From the NCBI RefSeq assembly GCF_001194135.2, contig NC_069006.1, positions 10,542,528 to 10,584,028 on the forward strand: DNA of 41,501 nt, in the 5' to 3' direction. This document shows positions 21,013-32,265 of this stretch, piece after piece. Every line of letters begins with the position of its first letter. Position 1 is the stretch's first letter. A program made the position numbers and the translations under genes. Under the pieces are notes generated by a model, which had not been told where the DNA came from, did not search any database, and saw nothing but the letters and a program-made list of their open reading frames with translations. This DNA comes from Octopus bimaculoides (taxonomy: Eukaryota).

Positions 21013-22635
21013 TTAATCCTGTATTATCTTGTAGCTTTGGGATTTCAATGATGTGATTGTGAGAGACCAGAGCTGGCTGGTCTGACCATAAGATGGCTAA
21101 AATATTTGGGGATGCTGTGGTCAGTTTAACTCTTTAGCTTTGAGATTACTGTCAAATGTAATGCGTTATTTATTCACATCGTTTTGAATTAATCATGTAT
21201 TATCTCATAGCTTTGAGATTTCAATGATGTGATTGCTTATTTTTAGAGATACATTGTAAGGTAAGTGCAAGAGGCAGGATATGGCTGGCTAAACCCTTTA
21301 GCATTCAGATTATTCTGTCAAATTTAATGCTTATTTATTCACATTGTTTAAAATTAATCATGAATTATCTACCAGCTTTAAGATTTTGATGATGTGATTG
21401 CTTATTTTTAAAATGATATCGTAGGGTTGGTGTGAGAAGCTGGATCTGGCCAGTTTGAATATAAAACAGGCTGAATATCTAGGTTGGATGTGACTGGTTT
21501 AATCCCTTATTCAGATTAACTCCATGAAATGTGATGTTTATTTATTCATATTGTTTTGAATTAATCACGCATTATCGTGTAACTTCATGATGTCAAACGA
21601 CATGATGCTTTATTTTCAGAATGACATTGTACGGTAGGTAGGAGAGGCTGGATCCAACCAGTTTGATCATAAAACAGTCAAATCATTTAGGCTGGATATA
21701 GTTTAACTCTTTAGCATTCAGATTATTTTCTGTCAAATGTATTACTTATTTTTTCACATTGTTTTCAATTAATCAAGGATTATCTTATAGCTTTAAGATT
21801 TTGATGATGTGAGTGCTTTTTAGAATGACACTGTAGGGTAAGTGTGAAAGGCCAGATGTAGTCAGTTTAAACATAAAACAGTTAAAATATTTAAACTGGT
21901 TATGACTGGTTTAACCCTTCAGCATTCCGGTTACTTTGTCAAATGTAATCCTTATTTATTCACATTATTTTGGATTAATCATGGATTATCTCGTAGTTAA
22001 GAGATTTTGACTACGTGGTTGCTTTATTCTTTTACTTGTTTCAGTCATTTGACTGTGGCCATGCTGGAGCACCGCCTTTAGTCAAACAAATCGACGCCAG
22101 GACTTATTCTTTTGTAAGCCTAGTACTTATTCTATCGGTCTTTTTTTGCCGAACCACTAAGTTACAGGGACGTAACCACACCAACATCAGTTGTCAAGCG
22201 ATGTTGGGGGGACAAACACAGACACACAAACATATACACACACATACATATATNNNNNNNNNNNNNNNNNNNNNNNNNNNNNNNNNNNNNNNNNNNNNNN
22301 NNNNNNNNNNNNNNNNNNNNNNNNNNACATATATACGACGGGCTTCTTTCAGTTTCCATCTACCAAATCCACTCACAAGGCTTTGGTCGGCCCAAGGCTA
22401 TATATAGTAGAAGACACTTGCCCAAGGTGCCACGCAGTGGGAATGAACCTGGAACCATGTGGTTGGTAAGCAGGCTACTTACCACACTACCACTCCTACG
22501 CCTATATCTTGCAAGATTATTTATTTTTAGAATGATATTGTAGGGTAAGTGCAAGAGGCAGGATCTGGACAGTTATAACATAAAGCAGGTACAATATTTA
22601 AGTCAGAAATGGCCAGTTTAAATAATAAGGAGCTA
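21013..22635 (+). repeat. Tandem array of ~200-bp piggyBac-like MITE units
   Basis: Unit heads TTAACCCTTTAGCATTCAGATTA.TCTGTCAAATG at ~21126, 21290, 21499, 21703 and 21911; last unit split by a SINE (22022-22504). The piggyBac call rests only on the TTAA-CCC ends. Confidence 0.7.
22022..22504 (-). mobile_element. SINE type A, full length (central microsatellite gapped)
   Basis: Both halves are present, from head ...ACCACACTACCACTCCTACGCC to tail TTTTACTTGTTTCAGTCATTTGAC. Confidence 0.9.
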
Positions 22636-22974
22636 AACCCCCTCCTTAGCTGCTACTTTCAAAACCCCTCTTCTCTTTGCACACTCTAGTAAGCTTATTC
22701 ATCATGGCTACAATGCTTTACTGAAAACATAAGAATTAATGATATGGAAATAGAATTTGGTGAAAATGACTCACAGGAGGGAGTCAAAAGGGGGGAGTGG
22801 CTGGGGTGTTTTAATTTTAGTTTGTTGTAATCAACTAACCATTTAACCATTTGATCGTTTGATCACAGCTTAATACCTGATAATTTCTGCATAGTTGAGA
22901 CACTGACAAAGCAACCACTTTTTAGTGTTCATACATGTATATATGTATATGTATGTGGTGTATATGTATGTATG

Positions 22975-23140
22975 TATATACTTCTCTTCACTTCTCTTCA
23001 CTCCTACTTCTCTTCACCCCTCCTCTTTCTCTCTTCTCTCTTACTCTCTTTCTCTCTTCTCTCTTACTCTCTTTCTCTCTTCTCTCTTACTCTCTTTCTC
23101 TCTTACTCTCTTTCTCTCTCCTCTCTTTCTCCCTCCTCCC
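22975..23140. repeat. CT-rich minisatellite (CTCTTACTCTCTTTCTCT-like units)
   Basis: Direct read. Confidence 0.8.
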
Positions 23141-23324
23141 TTGCCCACCTTCCCCTTCTCCCATATCCACCTTCCCCTTCCCCCTTCATTGTCAACATAC
23201 ATACATACAAACATATATATATATATATATATGCAAATATGTGTATTATACACACACACATACACACACACAAACACACATACATGCTCTCTCACACACA
23301 CACACACACACATATATATGTTGT

Positions 23325-23530
23325 GTTTATCTTTTACTTGTTTCAGTCATCAACAATGTGCCCATGCTGGGGCAATGCCTTGCCAGGTTTTAGTTGAACA
23401 AAACAACCCCAGTACACATGCTTATTTTGTCTGGTTCTTATTCTATCAATCTCCTAGGTCAGACTGCTAAGTCAGGGGAGACATAAACAAACCAATACCT
23501 GTTGTCAAATAGTAGGGGTTGTCAAGCCCA
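23325..23530 (-). mobile_element. SINE type A, 3' half (diverged)
   Basis: TTTTACTTGTTTCAGTCA...CCATGCTGGGGCAA...TTATTCTATC...GTTGTCAA. Confidence 0.7.
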
Positions 23531-23554
23531 TAAAACAGTTGAGGACTGGAGACA

Positions 23555-23680
23555 AGGGTGGCAAACCAGCTGCAGAAAAGTTTGTCCCAATGAATTTTGT
23601 ACAACCTATGCAAGCATATATAAAATGGACATGGGGGAAAAAACAATGGTGGTGGTGGTGGTGGTGGTGGTGGTGACGAT
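23555..23680 (+). mobile_element. RTE-type tail fragment
   Basis: CAGCTGCAGAAAA...AACCTATGCAAGCAT...TGGACAT followed by (GGT)n. Confidence 0.5.
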
Positions 23681-24594
23681 CATCATGATCATAATATTTG
23701 CAATGATATACAGAAAACCATACATTATCAATTCTTAATCAGTGTAGGTGAGAGAGAGAGAGAGAAACATATATANNNNNNNNNNNNNNNNNNNNNNNNN
23801 NNNNNNNNNNNNNNNNNNNNNNNNNNNNNNNNNNNNNNNNNNNNNNNNNNNNNNNNNNNNNNNNNNNNNNNNNNNNNNNNNNNNNNNNNNNNNNNNNNNN
23901 NNNNNNNNNNNNNNNNNNNNNNNNNNNNNNNNNNNNNNNNNNNNNNNNATATATATATATATATGTATATATATATTTGTGTGTGTGTGTGTGTGTGTAT
24001 ATATGCATCAGCAAGGTGTGAGATTTGCACATTTGAATACATGTATGTTTATGTGTGTGTGTGTGTTTTAGGCTTGTGTTTATTGAAGCTAAACAAGTCA
24101 AGCAGGCCAACCAGGCAATGGATGACATCATCAAGATCGTCTGTAGCAGAGTTTTCCATGTTGTTCTAACCAACAAAGACAATTTTAGCTTAGGATTTTG
24201 ATAGACCAGTAACACCATGACATCTGTCAGCCAGAAATGATTTTATAGAATTACTGTGTGGCCAATATTCTCAGTGCAGACAATCAATACTGCTGCAGCA
24301 GGTCTCAATATTTGCTGCAGAAGACTCCATTTTGAATTTTATATAAATACATAGTTACATACATATATACATACATACATACACACACATATATATATAT
24401 ATACGTACATATATACATGCATATGCATGTACATATGTACATACATACCTGCACATATACATGCATGCATGCATGCATACATATATACATACATACATAC
24501 GTATGCATACATGCGTATATACATATATGCATACAAACGTCCATGCAAATATATACACACTTGTGTGTGTGTGTGTGAGTATGTNNNNNNNNNN

Positions 24595-24638
<44 letters not shown>

Positions 24639-24737
24639 TGTATACATATATGTATATATATATATATGTATGAATGTATGTGTGTGTATGTATATGTATG
24701 TATGTATGTATGTATAGATAGATAGATAGATATACAC

Positions 24738-24789
<52 letters not shown>

Positions 24790-25047
24790 ACATATCCACA
24801 CCCATACATAAAAACTATATCTATGAATGAGTCTTCTTAGCATTTCATAGTAACACTGAAATTGTTGCTAAATTTGGCTGTGTACACATAACACTCTAGA
24901 TCTGTCCTTTTATATACATACATACATACATATATACATACACACATACATACATACATCAGCATCAGCATCAGCATCAGCATCATCATCATTTAACATC
25001 CGTTTTCTATGCTAGCATGAGCTATATATACATATAAAGAAATATAA

Positions 25048-25098
<51 letters not shown>

Positions 25099-25119
25099 TG
25101 AATGTCTGTGAATTATATA

Positions 25120-25490
25120 TGAACACTACATGGGAGCGTGGTATTACAGGAATCCCACATGGTTCCCACATGAAAATGCATTGCTGCGTGATTCCTGTAT
25201 TGAGCCTAAATGAAAGTGTGTTAACATAGGAACCCTATGGGGGCCCTACATGGAAGTGTAGCATTATAAGTACCTCACATGATTTCCAACATGGACCTTA
25301 CACAAAAAATACCAATATAGAAATCCTACATGGGCCATACGTTGAAGTATTGCATGAAAATGCAGCAATGTGTGGTATCTACATAGTTACTACATGAAAG
25401 CATGTTAAGATAGGAATTGCACATGAGACCTACATGCAGGAAGCACATCACAGGATTCCCACATGCTTCCCAGATGAAGGCATAGTACTC
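25120..25490 (+). repeat. Degenerate ~40-90-bp repeat
   Basis: AGGAATCCCACATGGTTCCCACATGAAA variants at ~25146, 25226, 25317, 25410 and 25451. Confidence 0.5.
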
Positions 25491-25571
25491 TGGCAATTGG
25501 AGGAAGGACAAAAAAGATTGGCGGAATCATTAGAGAATGAGAAGAAATAAGTTGCATTATTCAATTAGAAC

Positions 25572-26205
25572 AGGGTGGTGAGCTAGCAGAACTGTCAGCA
25601 TGCCGGGCAAAGTGCTTAGCAGTATTTCGTCTGTCTTTACGTTCTGAGTTCAAATTCTGTCAAGGTCGACCTTACCTTTCATCCTTTCGGGGGTCGATAA
25701 ATTAAGTACCAGTTGCATATTGAGGTCAATCTAATCAACTGGGCCCCTCCCCCCAAATTTCAGGTCTTGTGCCTAGAGTTGAAAAGATTATTTAATTACA
25801 ACAGCAAGCTAGCTGAGTCATTAGAGCACTGAACAAAATGTCTCATGGTATTTCTGTCAACTCATTATGCTCTGAGTTCAAATTACGACAAGGTCGACTT
25901 TGCCCTTCATCCACTTGGGGTCAATAAAATAAGTACCAAGTGCCAGTTGGACACTGAGGGGAGGGTCAATGCAATAAATTGACTCTGCTCCCCTTAAAAT
26001 TGCTGGTCTTGTGGTAAAATCACAAAGAAATATTTAATTACAAATTTTTATATTTTCAGGTTCAAATCTCATCAAAGTCATCTCTACATTTCATCCTCCC
26101 AGGGGCTGATAAACTTAAATACCAGTCAAATACTAGGGTTGATGTTATAAGCTGTAACCACCATCCAGTAAATCTAGAGCTTTGTGCCTTCGTTAGAAAT
26201 CAATA
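25572..26205 (+). mobile_element. Three tandem SINE type B copies
   Basis: GTTCAAAT...GGTCGAC..TTTCATCC..GGGGTCGATAAA..AAGTACCAG at ~25645, ~25875 and ~26062, with divergence rising left to right. Confidence 0.75.
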
Positions 26206-26416
26206 CAACTAACAAAACATATTAGCCAGGTGACAAAAAAAAAATATAGAAATCAATAAATAAGTTTTGGTAATGAAAATACAGAAAAGATTGATTTTGT
26301 TGTGAGTTTAATGGAACAAATACGAGTTTGGTGTGGAGCGGCGAAGATGTGTCTGCATACAAATATGCATGGCTCTGCGTGTGTGTGTGTGTGTGTGTGT
26401 GCATAAGTATACATGA

Positions 26417-26955
26417 TCATGATCATCATCATCATCATTTAGCACTTGTTTTCCATGCTGGCATGGGTTGGATGGTTTGACTGGATGGAACTGGTAGGCT
26501 ACAGAGCGGCACTAGTTTCCATGGTCTGTTTTGGCTTGGTTTCTAAGGCTGGATGCCCTTCCTAATGCCAACCACTCCACAGAATGTGCTGGGTGTCTTT
26601 TAAGTGTCATCAGTACAGGTGTCTTTTACACGTCACCAGCACAGGTGTTGTTCACATGTCACCCTCACAGGCCACAACTACAATTTCACTTACCTTGATG
26701 TGTCTTCTCAAGCATAGCAAATCACCAAAAGTCTCAATCATTTGTCATCAACTCCATAAGACACAACATCTGAAGATCATATTTCACTACCTTATCCCAC
26801 ATTTCCCTGGGGTTTACCTTTTCCATCTACCTCTTCCATAGGGTCCCTCCACAGTTAAAGGTCAGTACTTCTTTATACACCCATCCAAGTCCATACAGAT
26901 CACATGGCCCACACCAGCACAGTTTTCTCTCTCGCACACTGGGGCCTCTTAAACA
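26417..26955 (-). pseudogene. RTE-clade LINE 3' end (RT C-terminus, 3'UTR and (GAT)n tail)
   Basis: ERKLCWCG/HVICMDLDGCIKKY*..VEGPYGRGR..PREMWDKVVKYDL..L.E.MT.D*DFW, resembling the RTE motif RRLRWYGHV.R...GRGRPRKTW; contains stops and frameshifts. Confidence 0.8.
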
Positions 26956-26959
26956 CAAT

Positions 26960-27108
26960 TTTTCTTATTTCTTTATTGCCCACAAGGGGCTACACACAGA
27001 GGGGACAAACAAGGACAGACAAAGGGATTAAGTCGATTACATCGGCCCCAGTGTGTAACTGGTACTTAATTTAACGACCCCGAAAAGATGAAAGGCAAAG
27101 TCGACCTC
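26960..27108 (-). mobile_element. SINE type B, 3' half
   Basis: TTTCTTTATTGCCCACAAGGGG...GGCAAAGTCGACCTC. Confidence 0.85.
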
Positions 27109-27113
27109 TTATT

Positions 27114-27202
27114 TGGCAACGTTTCTACAGCTGGATGCCCGAGAGTGTAGTAGGTGCTTTTACGTGCCACTGGCACGAGGACCAGTCAGGCGGTACTGGC
27201 AA
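27114..27202 (-). mobile_element. RTE-tail repeat fragment
   Basis: TTTCTACAGCTGGATGCCC..GAGAGTGTAG..GGTGCTTTTACGTGCCAC. Confidence 0.75.
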
Positions 27203-27488
27203 GAGAATATCGAACCATTATTCTTCATTTAGGGATGGAAATAAAGCTAACACCACTAGCCTAAGTAAATTTATTTGGGAACGGAAATATTGCAATAAAC
27301 AATTCTCTTTGGAATGGTCTATACTGACTACTTCAGTTCCTTACGACAAAGGTAAAGATTTTTGTCCTCTTTGTAACTTGGAGCTTTTCCATATTCTGTT
27401 CTCCAAGAATCACCTAGTTAACCAGATAACACAGAGGGCGTATCGTTGTCAGCACTGGCAGAGACATACCTTCATTTATTATCATTAA
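27201..27488 (+). pseudogene. Penelope-like element, C-terminal part of GIY-YIG endonuclease region
   Basis: KRISNHYSSFRDGNKANTTSLSKFIWERK...LEWSIL...YDKGKDFCPLCNLEL..I....LVNQ...CQH; matches the PLE pattern R...H..SF...T.LS..IW..K...W.I...Y....C.LC..E. Confidence 0.8.
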
Positions 27489-28527
27489 TTCCATTCTTCC
27501 TACTAGTTTAAGTTCTTAGGTATTATTATTATTATTATTATTTTCTTATTATTATTATTGTCTTTTTTTTTACCAAATGTCCTCTGAATAATATCTTTTA
27601 ATATAATCTTAAATAATATCTATTTCTGCATCCATCGCCACTTGTCTTTTATTTTCCCCTTCTAGAGTTGGTTAAGTAAATTCTTCCTAGTAATGCTACA
27701 TTAGTTGTCTTTGTACCACTAGTAACTTTAACTAAATATTCCCGATCTTCTCCTTGTGTAAGCATGTATATTGTTATTATTATTATTTCTCAACTAAATA
27801 TCCTGTACCTTCTTTTACCATTAATTTGCGTTAATATCTGTATATTAATATAATATATTACAAGGCTATGATGCTTTATTTATTTATTATATTTACATTC
27901 TTCGCTTTAAATTAGTATGTTATTATTTTTTTCCTTAAGGAGAAATTTTTTTATATATGATGAACTCTCTGGATTCTCTCCCTTCCTCCACATTTGGATT
28001 AGCTTATAGTTTACGGCTTTGGTTTACTTTACTGTGATCCATTTCGCCTCCCCCTATTTTAATCATTTAATTTATACCTTTAGCATAGCGTTTACAGCCC
28101 CCCCCCCTCCCGTTTTAACTCTATGTAAACCAGTGTTCTTGCTTCTAGCGGTCACTCACTTGGCCATATGATATTATAACTCGTAAGTAACCTTATCATT
28201 TCGCATTTGTCTTGCTTCTGTATGTTGGTTCCCTGACGATGATTATATGTGCAATTCCAGCACCTCTTGCTTCTTTGGAGTAGAGGGCACATATATTTTG
28301 AAACATATGTAGGAATTAAAGGAATTTTTATTTATATGCGTTTTGCTCCATTTATTGTTATTATTCATATCTACTCAAAATGCATCGCTTTAACTTGGTA
28401 TCTCTACCTATAAAACGGGGTGTGATATCCTGGTTTTTTATGTGATTTTTGATACCCATGGTAACTATTAACATATTTACATTGTCAAGTTTGTTTTAAA
28501 CTGAGATAATATTAATATATACATAAA

Positions 28528-28530
<3 letters not shown>
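27489..28530 (+). mobile_element. Penelope-like 3' region / pseudo-LTR
   Basis: Follows the GIY-YIG stop codon, contains an HHR, and ends in (TA)n. Confidence 0.65.
28228..28316 (+). ncRNA. Type-I hammerhead ribozyme, near intact
   Basis: GTTCC-CTGACGA-TGAT[TATATGTGC..GCACATATA]TTTT-GAAA-CATATG-TA-GGAAT. Confidence 0.8.
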
Positions 28531-28574
<44 letters not shown>

Positions 28575-28575
<1 letters not shown>

Positions 28576-28860
28576 ACAAATGCGATCTGGAGATTCTCAG
28601 TGTAGGAGACACTTAGTAATGCTCAAATGATTCAAACTTAGACTCTGATGCCTTTACAGGGGATCAATTCCATGGGATAAAGAATGGCTATAAGAGAGAT
28701 CAAGTTGAGTAGATACATCCCCCAGAAACAGCTGTTGGACTTATAACATCTTTCTTCCACCCCTTAATTTTTTATGTCATTTGTACTCTGTGTAAGTTGG
28801 ATCCATTAATATAACTATCTATATATTTATTCTTAAATATTCACCATCTGAAAGTCTCCA
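28575..28860 (+). mobile_element. Pseudo-LTR fragment with degenerate HHR
   Basis: CTGATG at 28645, GGGGAT..ATCCCC, GAAA-CAGCTG-TT-GGAC at 28725-28740. Confidence 0.45.
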
Positions 28861-28991
28861 CTCTTTGCTTTCTTTCGTTCTGTATATATATATGTATATA
28901 TATACATATTTTGTATTTCGTACCTAACTGTTATATATTTAATTTGTTTATCTGCATAATTGCCTCTACATGTGTATATATATATATATAT

Positions 28992-29046
<55 letters not shown>

Positions 29047-29751
29047 TTCACCTATTGCTCTATATCTCTCCACTATTAGTTTTCTCCTAATTTCTTTTTC
29101 TCCTCCTTCTCTTTCAATAAACTACCTTTGATATTATATCTATTNNNNNNNNNNNNNNNNNNNNNNNNNNNNNNNNNNNNNNNNNNNNNNNNNNNNNNNN
29201 NNNNNNNNNNNNNNNNNNNNNNNNNNNNNNNNNNNNNNNNNNNNNNNNNNNNNNNNNNNNNNNNNNNNNNNNNNNNNNNNNNNNNNNNNNNNNNNNNNNN
29301 NNNNNNNNNNNNNNNNNNNNNNNNNNNNNNNNNNNNNNNNNNNNNNNNNNNNNNNNNNNNNNNNNNNNNNNNNNNNNNNNNNNNNNNNNNNNNNNNNNNN
29401 NNNNNNNNNNNNNNNNNNNNNNNNNNNNNNNNNNNNNNNNNNNNNNNNNNNNNNNNNNNNNNNNNNNNNNNNNNNNNNNNNNNNNNNNNNNNNNNNNNNN
29501 NNNNNNNNNNNNNNNNNNNNNNNNNNNNNNNNNNNNNNNNNNNNNNNNNNNNNNNNNNNNNNNNNNNNNNNNNNNNNNNNNNNNNNNNNNNNNNNNNNNN
29601 NNNNNNNNNNNNNNNNNNNNNNNNNNNNNNNNNNNNNNNNNNNNNNNNNNNNNNNNNNNNNNNNNNNNNNNNNNNNNNNNNNNNNNNNNNNNNNNNNNNN
29701 NNNNNNNNNNNNNNNNNNNNNNNNNNNNNNNNNNNNNNTTATGATATTTAA

Positions 29752-30300
29752 TTTTATAAATCTCACAACCTGGATGAAATTGAGAGAAAACGAAGAGAAA
29801 AGGACTTTATTAAGAAATTCAAACCCAAGCTTAACAAACGATGATTAAATTAATCCTACTTGGGGTTTAAAAATCTTATCCCTGTAACTAAAACACAAAA
29901 AATCTCTCAAATGTCATCATTTCTAAAAATAAACATTGAAAAATGGTTTGGCATCATCTCCAAAAATAGCCAAACAACTACTGCTGCTGTCCAAAGGAAT
30001 GAATATAAAGGACAAAAAGACAGCCAGTCAACTACAGTTTAAACACTTCTGTCACAGGGGACCTTGAAGACTGCTATAAAGCAGGAAAGTATACTAGTCC
30101 TTATATATATTTAATACTCAATATTTCATATATTCAATAAGACATTCAATACTTCATTTCATTTTACTATTTATATTATATATTCCATATTCTATATCCC
30201 ACATTAATTTTATAAGAATATAAATAAAACATAAAAAACAGACAGTTGGAATTCATTTGAATAATATATTCCTCTATACACTATCATTTATTTTTATTTT
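29752..30300 (+). mobile_element. Second Penelope-like 3' end (GIY-YIG tail plus pseudo-LTR)
   Basis: FYKSHNLDEIERKRREKDFIKKFKPKLNKR* at 29752-29844 (R...E...I....P.LN motif), then an HHR at 30059. Confidence 0.75.
30059..30100 (+). ncRNA. Compact 42-nt hammerhead ribozyme with variant core
   Basis: GGAC-CTTGAAGA-CTGC-TATAAA-GCAG-GAAA-GTATAC-TA-GTCC; one extra nt (or C3U) in the core and a C-G closing pair in stem II. Confidence 0.7.
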
Positions 30301-30319
30301 TATTTATATATACATATAT

Positions 30320-30630
30320 ATATATATAGTTGAAATTTACTGAAAAACAAAAGACAAAGACAGGTGTATGAACAACAAGCAGGTGTATTAGTTTGATGCT
30401 CGGGAAAGTAAGAAATATATACATTACGGAGATGTATTTGCATAGCAAGTGACTTGATCTGAGATTGTGTGCTGAAACAAAAACAATTGCAGCATGGAAG
30501 ATGTTTGTAAGCCATTTTAATAACATACAAAAAATCGTCAGAATCACTTCAACATTTAAATTTAATTTGTGTCAAAATATTTTCATCACTTTGAAACGGT
30601 GACCTGTGCATTGATAAAACTTTGTACAGC
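30320..30630 (-). mobile_element. Pseudo-LTR-like repeat with variant-core HHR scaffold
   Basis: Minus strand ATCA-ATGCACA-G-GTCAC-CGTTTCAAA-GTGAT-GAAA-ATAT-TT-TGAC (30615-30571); element ends in (TA)n. Confidence 0.55.
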
Positions 30631-31247
30631 ATGAAGGATGTTTGCTCGAAGGTGTTGTGAGCTATATTGACTGCTGTGAGGTTATTCTTCTGTTCTTACT
30701 TATATCTGAGCCATGGTTGAGCAACATTCCTGGGCCCACTATCAAGCTCATTATACATGAGGACTTTGGGTATTCTTTCATCACTCATTCTGTATGTATA
30801 TATCTTTATCTATCTATCTATCTATCTATATATANNNNNNNNNNNNNNNNNNNNNNNNNNNNNNNNNNNNNNNNNNNNNNNNNNNNNNNNNNNNNNNNNN
30901 NNNNNNNNNNNNNNNNNNNNNNNNNNNNNNNNNNGGTGGTGGTGGTCATCCACGTGGTAGTGTTTGCTGTTGCCGTTATTGTTGTGGTCGTTGCTTTGTT
31001 GTTGTTGATGCTGGTGGCGGTGGCGGTCTTGGTGGTGATGGCCCACGCGATGGTGGTAGAGGTGGCGCAGATGATGACGGCCGTAATGTGTAACATCATA
31101 AGTAGTGGCACAGACAGCGCGCACGCGCACACACACTGTGGCAAATACGTGACATTAACTGAGAAGCTCCTTAACCCCTTCGGGGTCATTGGAGCGTTAT
31201 ATCCAAGCAATGTATCTAGGGCGGGAAATCCTGGCGTAGCCCACACT

Positions 31248-31394
31248 TAAACTCATTTCTACAGCTGAGTGAAGTGGAGTAACGCGAAGTGAAGTGTTTT
31301 ACTCAAGAACACAACGCATTGCCCTGTACAGGAATTGAAACCACAGTCATACGATCGTGAATCCAACACCCCAACCACTAAACCACACGCCTCC
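31248..31394 (-). mobile_element. SINE type C
   Basis: CTCATTTCTACAGCTGAGTGAAGTGGAG...CTCAAGAACACAACG...CAACCACTAAACCACACGCCTCC. Confidence 0.8.
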
Positions 31395-31676
31395 ATATGC
31401 TTACGTAAGTATATAATGGCTGAAAACTGGTGTTCGAGTATTGCCATCGCCTGATCGAAAGTCCTACACATGCGAAGGAGGCTATGAGCAGCCATTTTTG
31501 GGAGTGGTCTTTTTTTTTTTTCAAGCGATGCCTCTGCATGGTGATTCCTTATAGTGGGCGAAGGATTTGCACAGATCCAATCCCACTGTCTGAACATGGA
31601 CGACATAAACTTGAAAACAGGAAGAACTAGTCTAAATCATCGAATCTTGTCAATGTCGCAGATTTTCTCTCAACAG

Positions 31677-31726
31677 AGGGGCTTCCATTCCCAGTGGACC
31701 AACCGCGGGCCTGGACAACAACCCAG
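31677..31726 (+). CDS. Weak candidate 50-nt linker exon
   Basis: TTTTCTCTCAACAG| ... CCAG|GTATTT; reads GASIPSGPTAGLDNNP and ends in phase 1, compatible with the exon at 38285. Confidence 0.2.
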
Positions 31727-31747
31727 GTATTTCCACGTCCCCGCGTA

Positions 31748-32038
31748 TAGGTGGTCTGATCAATAAGTATCCGGATTGTTGCCATAGTAATAAAGCTAAA
31801 GCACGCAGAATGAAGCTGCTCGGCAGATTGACCTTGAACTCTGTTGTGCATGTGCACTAAGTTATAATGTTCAAGTTCACTTCCGCTGTTTACAGCAGTG
31901 CTTGGAAGGAACGTGTGTAACGTGTGATCGTCGTATTGACCATGACAGAGAAAGTTGAGCAGAGAATCTGCATCAAATTTTGCCAAAAGCTTAGTGATAC
32001 CTGCTCAGAGGCTCATGCAAAGTGTTCAAAAGGTTTTC
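31748..32038 (+). pseudogene. Mariner element 5' end (TIR plus transposase start)
   Basis: GGTCTGATCAATAAGTATCCGGA terminus; ATG at 31942: MTEKVEQRICIKFCQKLSDTCSEAHAK(fs)QKVF. Confidence 0.8.
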
Positions 32039-32265
32039 ACCGTTCTCGACTCAATCAAGATCTTGTGCAACTGAAACCCGAGTGTCTTTTGGTTAGCTGA
32101 AAGTAGTTTTGGCACAAACTTGGCAGACATATGTTTCATACCCAAATCATCAGTGATAATAGACTGAATTGAACTGTAACAAATCTGCACATCCTCTGAT
32201 AATTCATGGATGGTGATTCGATGATTTCCCCTCGCAGCTGTACGCACATCTGCGATGTTTTTCTC
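32025..32265 (-). pseudogene. Mariner transposase HTH2/linker segment, inverted relative to its own 5' end
   Basis: EKNIADVRTAARGNHRITIHELSEDVQICYSSIQSIITDDLGMKHMSAKFVPKLLSANQK(fs)VAQDL..VENGENLL; SAKFVPKLL is the mariner WVPHEL-equivalent linker. Confidence 0.85.

Noticed and set aside
24069-24200. Protein-like frame LVFIEAKQVKQANQAMDDIIKIV
   Set aside because: No donor site or recognisable family; not supportable.
30642-31250. 202-aa ORF with hydrophobic stretches
   Set aside because: Spans a gap and a GGT/GTT low-complexity tract.
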